Of a stretch of 64,000 bases of DNA, positions 24,123-36,478 are shown piece after piece; within the stretch, counting starts at the first letter, position 1; each line of letters starts with the position of its first letter. This DNA is from Felis catus (Eukaryota): assembly GCF_018350175.1 (NCBI RefSeq), contig NC_058368.1:135410001-135474000 (forward strand), read 5' to 3'. Position numbers and translations under genes: made by a program. The notes beneath the pieces were generated by a model. The model made no database searches. It saw only the letters and a program-made list of their open reading frames with translations, and was not told the DNA's origin.

Positions 24123-24203
24123 AATAAATAAATAAATAAATAAATAAATAAATACAATACAATACAATACAATACAATACAATACAATACAATACAATAC
24201 AAT
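24123..24203. repeat. Compound (TAAA)n/(TACAA)n microsatellite
   Basis: Directly visible at the SINE tail. Confidence 0.95.
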
Positions 24204-24529
24204 ATAAAGCAAAATATACATGGTAGTCCTCCAACAACAGAATTATTCCTTGGGGGAGGTGTTTTGCCAGAATTTTCTTTCTTCTGGTATATAGCTTCTA
24301 TGCTGGAGTGTTTCCTAAACAGTCATGATTTCCTAACGCCATCAAATTATGCAGGAAAATAGTTAGAAAGTCCATTGTGATTCCAGGAGTGACAGTTGAC
24401 TTACATAGGAGTCAGAGGCTGTCAAACTCTGGATTGACAACGTCTTCCACCGGCAATGCTGTAAACAGATATTAAAGTCACAAGGGGGGACAGGGTCTAT
24501 GTACATGAGTAAACTCCGAAGAAGGGATC

Positions 24530-24745
24530 CAACATTTACTGACTACTTTCTCTAGAACTGGCAGATCACCTATTTATCTCATTTAATCTTCAAAGGCTTT
24601 ACAAAACAAGCATTATCCCACTTTGCAGAGACAGACATTGGAGGTCAGAGAGGTGGATTATAACAGGCCAAAGTTCACAGAGTCAGTGGTGGAGCCTGGA
24701 TCTGAACCAAATCTATTTCTCTAAAACATAGCATTATAATCTTAG
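24530..24745 (-). mobile_element. MIR
   Basis: 'ttatctcatttaatcttca..attatcccactttgcagag..gaggtcagagaggt..gtggagcctggatctgaacc'. Confidence 0.8.
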
Positions 24746-25259
24746 ATAACACTTTTGAACATTCTCTTCCTTGCCATCAGTGTCTACCACCAATGCTTCT
24801 AAAAATAGTTGATGGGCAGGTGAGATAAATACTAAAAACGCTTGCAGTCAAGAGCTTGGGTGGTTGGATTTCGGGACGATCGTTTTGGAGATAAGGAACA
24901 TGGCCACAGTGTCAGTATCCAGGAGTCAGGATTCCTGGAGTCTGGATTCAGGTCCATTTCTGCCTGACCTCTTTATCCACCATCTCAACCCCTCTCCCAG
25001 GAGCCGAGAGTCCGACCCTGGCAGGATTACTTCCAAAAAAAGTAAACTGAGGCACTCAACCATCCATGCTTACACAGACAAGTGTATCCCAACTTCTTCA
25101 AAACTAGACAATGGCAAACAGGAATTAATGAATATCCAGAACAAATGTCACAATTACCTGGCACTAAGGAAATCCAGAACACAGGATGCCCAATTATCTC
25201 TGCAGTTGAAACAGTACCATCTGTCTTTAATAGACTAATAGGATGAAAAGTCCTGAAAT

Positions 25260-25530
25260 TCTAAGAGATGGCAACAACAACAACAAAAAAGGCAGCCCAT
25301 GAAGCTAAAACAAATAGCTTTGGATGCTAAAATAAGATGTTTTTAACACTGCCAAAGAAGGCAAACTTCAACGATAAGAGTATTAAAGAACTTTACTGAG
25401 GACGAAAAAGTACCCTAGGAGATTGTGATTCTGACCCTGCAGAAAGGCGACGATATTACGCTGCGGCAAAGGCTCAGGCTGTACCCCACTGCCTTGAAAC
25501 AAAGAACTGTGCTCAGGTCAGGACACAGGC
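25260..25530 (+). mobile_element. Possible CR1/L3 remnant
   Basis: 'aaacttcaacgataagagtattaaagaac..cctaggagattgtgattct' resembles the CR1 3' region. Confidence 0.35.
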
Positions 25531-25569
25531 AGAGAAGTGAGTTTCAAGAATGGCCCTGGAATATTATAT

Positions 25570-26100
25570 ATTTAACCTAAAGTGGGCATCTGACGTTCCA
25601 CTTGGCTTCCCTACATGAACCCTTTTATTTGTTGGGAGAATGCCATACTTCATGAGTTTGGGTTGGGGGAAGACAGTCTCCTGCTGTAGGAGCTGAAAAT
25701 GTTGGCTCGCCCCTCACCACAAAGGAGTAGCCATGAAGCAAAGTTTCATACCATCACACCAGCCTTGGTCCAGAAAGTACCCTCACACTGAGTACCCTCG
25801 ATTTCCTCTCTCTCTCTATTTCTATCTCTCTCTCTCTATCTCTATCTCATACTAGTGGCCACAGCAGGAGGTGTAAGGTGAAGTTCCTGGCATAGAAGTT
25901 GTATTTAAAGCGGTGTCACCAAGTAATCAGTGGCTACACTGGTAGCACTTTCCTTATAGAACCAGGTCTTTGGCCTGTATTTGGGCATTATTTCAGGAAG
26001 CTTAGTCCCAGAACTGAGTGTCTCTAGTTTGAGTACACCCTAGCCTTAATAAGCCAAAGGCCATTAACTGTAGCTTGCAACCAAGACTTCTGACTGAATG
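25570..26100 (+). mobile_element. ERVL LTR remnant (LTR33-like)
   Basis: Terminal 'ctgtagcttgcaaccaagacttctgactga' typical of LTR33/MLT-class 3' ends. Confidence 0.5.
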
Positions 26101-28010
26101 AAAACCCAGCACTGAAAGCACCTGCCTGTACAACCCACCAACGGTCTTTACGGAGGACATAAATCGTTAAGAAAAGGTTTAGTTATATTTTATATACTCC
26201 AATTGCTAGGATATAGAGATTCTATTTTAGAAATTTTCCGTTTCATACAAAAAACTTTGTTACTTAAATCAAGTTATCCAAAACAACAATCATCCAAACA
26301 CTTTATGCCAATCCATGCCAACAGCCTGAGGTCTTACCAGGATATGATGTATCATACAGTATATAACACATACTTTCTATATGAAAGAAGCGCTTGGAAA
26401 TGCCAAGAAAATATCTATGTGGCATCCATTTTGTATATCTGTGTCTCTACATGGGAAGCAGGAAGTGGGGGTGGGAGAGGGAAGGTGTAAGAAGCAGAAG
26501 TAAAAACTGGTTATGAACACCTCCATCGCTGGTTTGAGGTCAAGTGAAGGATTTCCATAATTTTCAAATTCGAACTCTGAAGTGATACCACACTGTGACT
26601 TATAATTACTGATAACTAATATAAAAGCCAGAGAAGAATGGGGGTTGGAGAAAGATTAGGAAATGTTTCTTAGTTCCATTTATACCCGGTTTTTAAAAAA
26701 GAAAGCAAGAAAAAATTGACCAACAGTACATTTGGTAACCATTTTAACTGGACCATCAACCCAAATTTGATTATAGCAAAACACCTGGAGTTCAAGGGCT
26801 AGAAAAAAAAAAGCCTTAAGTTTTATGAACTTACATGTGTATAGCATATATAAATAGACACACACTTTTTTGTTGTGTTTTACCACATTCATTTCTACTA
26901 GGCAGAGATGTAGAAATAAGAAAACTCTTGCTGTCCCCTCAAGCAATTAGAGTCTATAATGTAATCTGGGGCAAATAGCTGCTCAGGTATTCAGGAAAAG
27001 CCCATACCTCAAAAGGAGCTCTGAGATCACTTTAAAACTAACAGAAAGAGAAGGCATTGAAGGAAAAGAAAATAAAGTTTGGAGAAAAGGTAAATTTTTC
27101 TGAGACACAAGGCAAGTCACCATTGACGGCTGTTGAAACCATTTGGACTGAGCTCCTTCATCAAATCGATCAAATAGTTCAATGTTGTCAAAAAAAAAAA
27201 AAAGGATTTAATGTTTTTGATGGAACTGACCAGATAATTAAGTGGACAGTCAAGTTACACAAAATAGTCCAAACACATGTGTGTAGATGCAGCAAGAAAG
27301 CCTCAAAGGAAAAGATCCTAAAAGTGGTGGAAAAAAACAAATGAATTCAGAGTGAAAAACAACGCAGAGAAAAAGGAAGATGGCAAGTTACGGATAAATC
27401 ACCCCTCACAGGCTGTGAATGGTGTCGGGCAAATGAAGACTTCTGATTAGCTCCTGGCTGTGCTGTTAATAAGGGAGAATTCTTTGGATTACCTATGATT
27501 GCAGCAATTTTCGAAGCATTAGAACGTGCACGAGACAAGTGAGTGATAGTTCAAGGGGATGAATGGAAAAAAAAAGATTCTATAATATGTTTTTAGTGAA
27601 AAATGAAGGTGGAAACCAGCCACGAAACAGTGTCACTAAATAAAAAATGGGGTGGCAGAGGGGCACCCTGCAGCCCCAAAGGGAAATACTCCAGGCGGCA
27701 ATAAATGGGTTGGTTCATAAAACAGAAAAGCACTCCCTCACACTTCCCCAGCTGTGCTTCAAAACAAACTCTTTGAAATAGTTAATTCTATTTTTTTTTT
27801 GTAATGAAACATGTCACACAAAGATATCTTCTGTGGCAATGACTAATTATGTGAGAAGGAGAGTTTGTGGTGGGGCTGCTATGCTTTTCTAGACCTTTCT
27901 TTTGCTCTGTCCCTAATAAGTTGCCCGTTCCCCTGTGTGGATCCACACAAAAGTCCCCAGTCAGCAGACAGTCAAGTATATACTGAGCACCTACTGTGTG
28001 TCAGGCACTC

Positions 28011-28062
28011 TTTTTTTTCATTTTTTTGAGAGACAGAGAAAGATGGCAAGCAGGGGAGGGAC

Positions 28063-28097
<35 letters not shown>

Positions 28098-28225
28098 ATC
28101 CGAAGCAGTCTCCAGGCTCCAAGCTCTCGTCACAGAGCCCAACACAAGACCCAAACTCAGAGACCTTGAGATCATGATATGACCTGATGTCGGACGCTTA
28201 ACTGACTGAGCCACCCAGGCACCCC
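28011..28225 (-). mobile_element. Can-SINE
   Basis: Reverse head 'cggacgcttaactgactgagccacccaggcacccc'; inserted in an L2/MIR-like remnant. Confidence 0.95.
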
Positions 28226-28777
28226 TATGCATTATTTTTAAGTCTATGCATTATTTATGTTGTTATTATAATGGAATATGAGGCAAAAATATGAGGGATC
28301 TGCCTAAGGACTTAAAAAAAATCTAGTGTAGGAACCTGGCCTTGAACCTGATCCGCCTTCTGGTACGACATTATTTCCCAGCACATCGAACCAAGTGCTC
28401 TATAAGCACTATGGAGGATGCGCTCCTTGTGCTGGGCACTATGGGGGGTGTTTGCCAGCCCTTCCACAGCTGTATTTCCAGTTGGTCAAGAAAGAGCCCA
28501 AGAGTTCCACCTGCTTCCGAGAAGATGATGATCATCTGTCTTTCCACACTTCCATCTGTGGCAGCTGAGAGAGAGTCCAGGAGCTGTGAGTGCTCCAGGA
28601 AACACCACAGGGGAAGGAGTAATGAGGGGTCCTGGAATTCTGTGTACTCCTGGAAGACCCCCTCAGTCGGCTCTCCACTCAGGCTCACAGCTTTGCCACT
28701 TTTTATCTTGAGACCCTCAGGATTAATCTCATCATGTACTTGATTGCACTTCCTATTAATCACCACGAGAAGCCCAG

Positions 28778-29045
28778 AATTGGACAAATATTGTATGATT
28801 CCACTTATATGAGGTACCTAGAGAAGTCAGATTCATAGAGGTGAAAAGTAGAAGGCTGGTCCCCTGGGAAGATGGAGATATGGGAGTTGTTTAATGGAGA
28901 GAGACTTTCAGTTTTGCAAAGTGAGAAGAGTTTTGGAGATTGGTTGGAAAACACTGTCAATGTACTTAACATGCTGAACTGTTCACTTGAAAATGGTAGG
29001 TTTTATGTTGTGTGTATTTGCCACAATTTAAAAAAAGAAAAGAAA
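28778..29045 (+). mobile_element. L1MB-type 3' end with TSD
   Basis: 'ggacaaatattgtatgattccacttatatgaggtacctaga..gaactgttcacttgaaaatggt..tatttgccacaatttaaaaaaa'; TSD AGAAGCCCAG at 28768-28777 and 29046-29055. Confidence 0.9.
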
Positions 29046-29149
29046 AGAAGCCCAGGACCCAAGCTCATCGTTCAGCCCCTCGTGGCTCATCCCCATTTGT
29101 GTGTGTGACCGAAAAGCAAACCCTTCCGCCATCAATCTTGGTCGTCCCA

Positions 29150-29326
29150 CTTCTGCCCTCTCCCTCTCCATAGCATCTATGACTGTCTGACCTCCTGCAA
29201 ATGTTACTCATTTCTCTGCCTCCTCTCTCTCCCTTCAACTAGGATATTTGGTCTATTGGAGCAGAGACTTTTGTTTGTTTCACTTACTGCTATAATCACA
29301 GCACCTGTAAGAATGCCTGACACACA
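29150..29326 (+). mobile_element. L2 3' fragment
   Basis: 'gcagagacttttgtttgtttcacttactgctataatcacagcacctgtaagaatgcctgacacaca'. Confidence 0.7.
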
Positions 29327-29543
29327 GGGGCACCTGGCTGGCTCCGTTGGGCGTCAGACTTTGGCCCAGGTCATGATCTCCCAGTTCATGGGTTCCAGCC
29401 TCGTGTTGGGCTCTGCACTGACAGCTCAGAGCCTGGAGCTTGCTTCTGATTCTCTCTCTCCCTCTCTCTCTCTGCCCCTCCCCCGCTTGTGTGCACGCTC
29501 TCTCATGCTCTCTCTTAAAAATAAACATTAAAAAAGTTTTAAA
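29327..29543 (+). mobile_element. Can-SINE
   Basis: Head, (CT)n and AATAAA tail. Confidence 0.95.
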
Positions 29544-30005
29544 AGAATGTAATTAAGCATTGCACAAAAAAAATGCCAGTGAGAAAGCCTTCTCAAAGGT
29601 CTTGTTTTTAATCTCTCTACACTTTCTTCTAGGAGTTCGATTTGGGACATGTTAGATTCGAGGTGCCTGCAGGAGATGTCTAGCTTATGTTTGGAAATTT
29701 GAGTTTGGAGCTTGGCCTAGAGATCTAGAATTGGAAGTCATCCACTGAAAGGTAATAACTGCCATGGATGCCATCCAAGAAATCACAGCTCTCCTTAAAA
29801 CTTATCCTAATACCCTACAGCTTTAGATCTTTCAAACAGAAGATGGTATTCATGCGAAGAAACAATCCACATATTCAATCTCAAATCCAGCCATGTGGCC
29901 ATATTGCAAAACCGAGCAGATCCAGACTATTCCTCAGGTTTGTGCATGCCCAACCTTACTCAAACACAGGCCCCAGAGACCAGTTTGGACCAGGAGACAG
30001 GGAAG

Positions 30006-30142
30006 CAGGATGACCTTACATCTCACTCAGTTTGCCCAGGACAGTTTTAATTTATACCTACTGCCCCTGCATGATTATTAATAGTACCCCTTTCACTCTC
30101 AAAAGCATCCCAGTTGAGATGATAAATCAGACAGTCAATCTA
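30006..30142. mobile_element. MER94-type hAT-Blackjack MITE
   Basis: 'cagtttgcccaggacag..attattaatagtacccctttcactctcaaaagcatcccagtt..gatgataaat' matches the recalled consensus. Confidence 0.75.
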
Positions 30143-30144
30143 CT

Positions 30145-30902
30145 AATCCCCCAAATAACCAATTACTTGAATGACCCCCTTCCCTAAATGATCAGTTTGC
30201 CTAAGGTTAAGTCTTTTAACATTCTGGTTTCATTGATTGGTTTTCAATTTGCTTTCATTGTATCATTTTAGGAAATGTTTTGATTGTCTCTTCCCCAGCT
30301 CCCTAGAACTTGAGCTGGAAACCTAAGTTCCTTCCTATCTGTTCCTCAGTTTCCCCCTCTCTGCCTCTAATTCTGTCCCTCAGTCTCCAACAGTAACAGC
30401 AAGGAGCTGAGGCAGAAAAAAAATTGAATGTATTCTTATGAATATATTCTCCTCATAAATATGTTGTTACCTGAATGTACTGAATGAAAATATTCTTTTT
30501 ATGAATATATTCCTTATAAATAGTGCCTTCTTACATATATTCTTAAATGTAAAGAGTTCATATAAATGTTTTATCTTTATGAATAATTATAACTTAACGA
30601 AAAATATATTTAGTGAAAAATATATTTACAACAATCCTTCCTATTCAAGAATATATCCTAATGAATGTATTTTTACTGTGGTCCTCACCACTCCCCAACC
30701 TCTCGAGCCTGACTAGGAAAAAAACAGTTGAAAAGTCCTCAAAATGTTGGTAGAAAGTCAAAATAAAAAGCAAAACTAAATAGTATAGATGACATAAATA
30801 ATCTCGGTGAGTTAGTCCTTCAGCGAATTTGGCCATGCAATGAATTAGCTTTCAGCAAATTGATTTTCAACTAATTAACTTTTAGCAACCTGACCTATAG
30901 CC
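30145..30902. mobile_element. Ancient element with sub-repeated inverted ends (MamRep605-like)
   Basis: Right end carries degenerate units of about 15 bp ('ttcagcgaatt', 'ttcagcaaattg'); left end has complementary-like units ('aaccaattacttgaatgacc', 'cagtttgcctaa'). Confidence 0.4.
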
Positions 30903-31074
30903 TTCCTGACCAGCCCATCTAAAACAAGCCTGCTATTACCCTAACAAGGACTTCAACTCTACCAAATTTCTCTCCCAGATGACTTGTTTCATTTCTCCAT
31001 AGTTCTGGAAAAACAAAACATAATTGCATTTTCCATTATCCCCACTGAAAATATCCTCATGGGGGCCGATGCCT

Positions 31075-31180
31075 CTTTGATTCTGTTCACCAATGATCCA
31101 CAGTCCTATCACAATCTCTGGCACATAAATAGATGCCCAATAAATATTTGTTAAATAAACCAACAATGAGTGAATGAATG
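31075..31180 (+). mobile_element. L2 3' end
   Basis: 'ctggcacataaatagatgcccaataaatatttgttaaat..gaatgaatg'. Confidence 0.85.
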
Positions 31181-31499
31181 TGCAAGGGATCCCAAGAGAA
31201 TCTCTAGATTCACGATAGAAACAAGAAGGAATAGAAATTGTATACTAACCCCTACCTCAGTTCTGACAACAACCGTCCCAACCATTCTCCTTTTCCATTG
31301 AAAAATAAACTGAATTTATTAGGCAAAACTTTTTAAAACGGTATAAAAAGAAGGGGTGGGGTGCAAGTGATGGAAAAATGAATAAGCAGTAAACCATACT
31401 TGAATCAGACAGAACCTGTCTGACCATCTGAAATCAGAATGTACTGAAGAAAATCTCTACCCCAGATGTTACAACATTGCCCATTTAGGACAGTGAGAC

Positions 31500-32150
31500 T
31501 TGAGAGCAGATGGCGGTGAGTCAGGACTTAACAAAGACCTTAATGGCTCTCCTGCCAGCCCCTGGGCCATCATTTGCATAGGAAGCAGATTTGGCTTGGC
31601 TGCTGATGGTGATCGCCTCTCACCCACTTGGACATGACCTCATTTTCACATCTCCATTTTCCATCTCTGCCATATGCAGTCATAACCTTCTGGGAAATAC
31701 TGTGCCACAAAATAGAAAATAAAAGCAAGTACTGATCATTTGAAGTACTGTTTTAATTGTGATTTTACTGACATACCTCCTCATTAGAAATTCATTTTTA
31801 ATCAGTCCAACACATCTGAATTAGTGTGGCATGGTTTCCTTGTTACCCATTTAATATCTCAAGTCAGAAGTTTACAGCATTGCATCAGGGCAATTATAGG
31901 AAGGGAAGCCATTTTTAAAGATGCATATAATTTTATTATGGATTCGCACTGTTTATGAATTCGGTTTATAGGCCTCACCTCGCTTCTAGATGCACTTATA
32001 ATCAACAGAAGGAGAGAAGAAAGACATTTCACAAATGAAAGCATAACCTCTTTCCCATTTGGAAACAAATCTTCCAGCCCTAAAAAACGCAAAGGCATTT
32101 ATTTGCACTTAGATGATTTACCTGGGGGGCAGGGTGGGGACAGGAACAAG
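31500..32150. promoter_or_regulatory. Candidate conserved enhancer
   Basis: Repeat-free; TGAGTCA (31517-31523), octamer ATTTGCAT (31572-31579), clustered TTTAT(G/A/T) motifs at about 31930-31972. Confidence 0.35.
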
Positions 32151-32539
32151 GTCTTCATTTATCTGCTATTTCAACTCACGGAGGTCTAGCCAACAACGCA
32201 TTTCCTCAGGAAAGGACAGGAGACAGAGGGGCTAGAGAGTGATATTATTAACTGTACTTTCTGAAAGCAGGAGTTCAAGGGACACAGCAGGAATCCTGGA
32301 AAGTCTCAACTTTCTTCCTCTCCTCTCAAGTCCCCCAGAATTACCCAAAGTTCCAATATTTGAGTCTCATCACTTTCAGCTCTCAAATACCAAAGTTCCA
32401 AGCCAAGTCCTTAAGCCTTAGCCTCCCTCTTTCTTTGATTCTAGAAGTCTTGAGAGTAAACTAATTTATCAAAGGAAGAAAAGTAAAGCATATCATAAAC
32501 ATATGAACCAAGTGCCCTATTTCATAGCATTGCTGCTTA

Positions 32540-32564
32540 ACCAACTGAGCCACCCAGGCGCCCC
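32540..32564 (-). mobile_element. 25-bp Can-SINE head-only stub
   Basis: Reverse complement GGGGCGCCTGGGTGGCTCAGTTGGT between perfect 17-bp direct repeats CATAGCATTGCTGCTTA (32523-32539 and 32565-32581). Confidence 0.93.
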
Positions 32565-32782
32565 CATAGCATTGCTGCTTATAGGAATGCTGACACCTGT
32601 CTATAAGATGCTATTGCTAAAAGTGTAATTCAAAACCTGTTAGAGATGGCAAATTACATGTTTTTAATGAAATAAAGTAGAATATTATAAAATAGAAAAA
32701 AATCAAAGTATATTCACTAATCAATTTCTGCTTCAGCTATTGTGTTTGGAAGTATATACATAGTGGGTCAAATACAAAGTTA

Positions 32783-33040
32783 TTATTAGCAAACACTCAT
32801 ATAATGCTCACTGTGGGCCAATATGCCAGGGGCATTTACGTGCATTAACTCATTTAATCATCAAGATCATCCGATGAGATGGAACTATTTCTTATCCCAG
32901 TTTACAGTTGAATGAACTAAGACTCAGAGAATTTCAGTAACACACCCATGATGGCCCAGCTAACAAGTGACAGAGACAGGATTTGGATCTGGGCAATCTG
33001 GCCCTAGAGTCTATGATCTTAACATCATACCAGCCTGTCT
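32783..33040 (-). mobile_element. MIR, near full length
   Basis: 'gcattaactcatttaatcatc..tcccagtttacagttgaatgaactaagactcagaga..ggatttggatctgggcaatctggccctagagtctatgatcttaac'. Confidence 0.9.
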
Positions 33041-33989
33041 CTTCTAAATGTTCTTGCTATAGGGTTTAGTTTAGGAAAGAAAAAAAAAAAAAAAGCTTAG
33101 CAATACCATCTTAAGGGGGTTATATATGATTATATCCCTAGGTTACTAGGTTACTTCCAATTTCAAATATTTAATGCAACTGTCCTTATACCATTAGGCC
33201 ATATGATCTAATGTTTTGCTCAGGAAATGTGGTCCCTGTGTCATATATTCCAGTGTCACTAACGACCCCACCCCTGCACCAGTCATAAACCAGAAATCTT
33301 CTGCCTTGGTCACCCAGTCCATGGGATAGTGTTGGTTCTTATGCTCAACAGTCCCAAATCACATGGTGCCAGAGTTAGTAAGAAAAAAAAAAACACAGCT
33401 GTTTATATTCTGGCAAAACTATTACACCATAAGCAATGAAACCTAAAGCTTTTGAGAGACTACTCAGTCTTGGGTGGGTCAGGAGTGGGGGGGCGGGTGC
33501 GGAAGGAGCTATAGAATTAAATCATAAAATAACCACTACAAGGTTTATTTTCCTTATCCTAGTTTACAAAGACCTGGGCTAATTACAAAGAGATCAGATA
33601 ATCCAAGGAAAACATCCTTAAACTTCTAGGCACAAAATCTGACCTCTGTTCTGCCAAAATTATGTAACAGAGGCAAATCACTTATTCACAATAGCATACA
33701 TTAGTTAGGACTATATGCTTTATACTTTATACTAACAACCACTCTCTGAGGAAGGGAGAGATGGCTATCGGAGAAGGGGCGTTTCCCTTCCTATTTTCCC
33801 TCCCCTCTGTAGAGGCCAGAGTTCAGAGCCATCACTCGGGGTGTTTCACAAACAGTGGAAGATCAGGGCCCTGTGATGTTTCACTTGGCGTGAAACTAAT
33901 GTGGGGAGCCCAGCTAAGGCATCCTTTTCTGAGGAAGGGCTTTCAGAGCTCCCTCCAGATCTCCTAGGTTCCATGAATCACTTCTCTGT

Positions 33990-34410
33990 ACCATCCTCCA
34001 GCTTCTGTGTGCGGCTTCGCTCCCAATGGCGGAGTCTGCAACCTTCTTCAGTGAACTAATGAGGAGCCACTTCACCTGGATGTACTTGGAGCCATGGGCG
34101 CTCAGGAGTTCATGTCCCACCCTCACCCCACCCTGAAGTGGCTCCAAACCAGTGACTGGATGTGCAGGAATGTGAAAGCCCATGTTCCTCAACTCTGGTG
34201 AAACGGATTCTGAGGTATCAGTTATACTCAGAGCCGCCCACAGCATCTGGCAGTTCTGGAATGGTATCCATGCTTGGTCTCACCTTCCCTGCTCTCTCTG
34301 CCCACTCCCTTTAAGTATCCCTCCCACTCCCTACCCAGGGCATTTCCAGAAGCAATCACTTGCACCTGTATCCTAGCCTCAGCATCTGCTTCTGGGGACA
34401 TGACCTAGGC
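33990..34410 (+). mobile_element. ERVL LTR (LTR16-like)
   Basis: Terminal 'aatcacttgcacctgtatcctagcctcagcatctgcttctggggac..acctag'; 5' boundary uncertain. Confidence 0.55.
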
Positions 34411-34524
34411 TCTCTCCTTATTGCAGGTCTAGGCCTATCTGAAGAGATTTTCTCTTTCTATTTGGCCCCTTCTTCCCTGACAAGTAGCTAGGTCAGGGCC
34501 TGCTTGACAGAGGTGATGGCCATC

Positions 34525-34749
34525 TTTTTTTTTTTTTTTTTTTAAGTCTACTTATTTATTTTGGGAGAGAGAGAGAACCAAGCAGGAGAGGGGCAGAGAG
34601 AGAATGAGAGAGAATCCCAAGCAGGCTCCAGGTTGCCAGGCTGTCAGTGCAGAGCCCGACGCAGGGCTCAAGTTCACAAACTGTGAGATCACGACCTGAG
34701 CCAAAATCAAGAGACGAACGCTTAACCTATTGAGCCACCCAGGCACCCT
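34525..34749 (-). mobile_element. Can-SINE
   Basis: polyT, body, reverse head; TSD GGTGATGGCCA at 34512-34522 and 34750-34760. Confidence 0.96.
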
Positions 34750-36259
34750 GGTGATGGCCACCTTGAATTCAAAGAGGAAGCAGAAACCTCTTGTAAGTCT
34801 TCAGGCCATAGGTGGATCCTCCAACTTAGCTTCTACCAGAGCCATGCTTTCGAGCGCAGTGTTCATTGGTCACCTATAACACAGCAGGATTTTGAGACCC
34901 ACTTAGCTACTGTTCTTAAACAGCTCCCTCAGCTAGAAAACTGAGGAGAGAGGTGGTAAGTGATTTAGGTATCCCTGGTTCGTTGGCCCTAAAACTGTGA
35001 TAATAGCAACAGAGACTTCACCTCCAGCTTCCTACAACTATGTTAGCAGCCTTTTAGACAGTAAAAAAAGTCACCCTGTACAGCCTAAGAGCTAGAAGAG
35101 ACCGTTAAGATCTACCTCTTACCATACAGATAAAGGAACTTATGGTAAGACTAGGCATTTTCCCAAGGTCACATCATTGACAGCAAAGCTTTTCAATGAA
35201 TCTGGGTCTCTAGACTCAGAGAAGGGCAGTGAGTTCTGGCCACAGAACAAGGCCGCAAAGCCAGAGGAAGAGAGGCTAGTTGAGTTGACTGCTATCCTCT
35301 CAAATCCCACCCCCCAAAAGCATCTCTAGGTATCTGTAAACACAGCCAGGACCATTGATTGGTTTGAACTGCTTGATCTTTCGCCATTAACATAAACAAC
35401 ATAAAATGTAGATTAACTCCCATCATCTGCTCGAAAGAAAGCGTAATCAATATCATCAGTTCGTTAAGGAGATTCTTAGTCACATCACACTACATATACC
35501 CAGATCTACAACCATGTCTGCCATATAGTGAGCACTTAGACCACTTTTACAGGAAATTCACCAGATAAAAATTCATACTGAGCACTCAACTATGATTGCA
35601 ATAATCCACAAATTTATTCACAGGGAAAACTGTAATAGAGTTATGGCAAAATATCATAAAATGTTGATACATTTAATTCCGCCACACAATTTATAAACAA
35701 TTTTAACACCAGTAAAATATAGCTATAAATACATTTTATATCTTCTGTCTCTGCGTTCGAGAAACAATAACACACGTAAATTTTAAGGGATTATTTTTCA
35801 GGTACGTGTTTTTTTACTCTAGCTATTCATAGTTTACTCACCAGCCAGCCCTCACTGCCAGTGAAGCAACATAATCAAATGCAAGAAGTTTTTTTAATTC
35901 AGAAAATATTCTGCTCATTGATTTACTTTTCCTTGAAAGTAGCAAAACAATCACTATTACTTGGCTTCTCCATGAACCAAAGGTCCGGGTTATATAACAG
36001 CACTGTTCCTCGAGAACATCAGTTTGAAAGCACAACACTAATGCAGTTTTCACACGAACGAACTCTAGCACAGGTTAGTATTAGGCGATCTTAAGACAGA
36101 CAACTGAATCCCTATCTGGCCCATACATACTTAACTGCTACTGATCTCCAAACAGGGAAAACTTGCTATCATAAGCACATAGAAAGATTGAAATAAAAGT
36201 TTAGGTATACACCCCAAAACCCTAAAGACCCAAGCAATGCTTACAAATTGGGAAAATGA

Positions 36260-36478
36260 GGGGCGCCTGGGTGGCTCAGTCGGTTAAGCATCCGACTTTG
36301 GCTCAGGTCATGATCTCGTGGTCCGTGGGTTCGAGCCCCGCGTTGGGCTCTGTGCTGACAGCTCAGAACCTGGAGCCTGTTGCAGATTCTGTGTCTCCCT
36401 CTTTCTCTGACCCTCCCCTGTTCATGTTCTCTCTCTGTCTCAAAAATGAATAAATGTTAAAAAAAAATTTTTTTTTAA
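36260..36478 (+). mobile_element. Can-SINE (SINEC_Fc-type)
   Basis: Perfect 17-bp TSD ACAAATTGGGAAAATGA at 36243-36259 and 36479-36495. Confidence 0.98.

Noticed and set aside
27057..27344. 95-aa ORF with a Lys-rich, protein-like look
   Set aside because: Non-ATG start, includes a polyA run, no recognisable domain or splice context.
28342..28787. Overlapping 133-aa and 138-aa ORFs on opposite strands
   Set aside because: Non-ATG starts, partly repeat-derived, no recognisable homology.
35838..36071. Minus-strand ORF ending at a good donor-like GGTGAGT
   Set aside because: No convincing upstream acceptor and no recognisable peptide.
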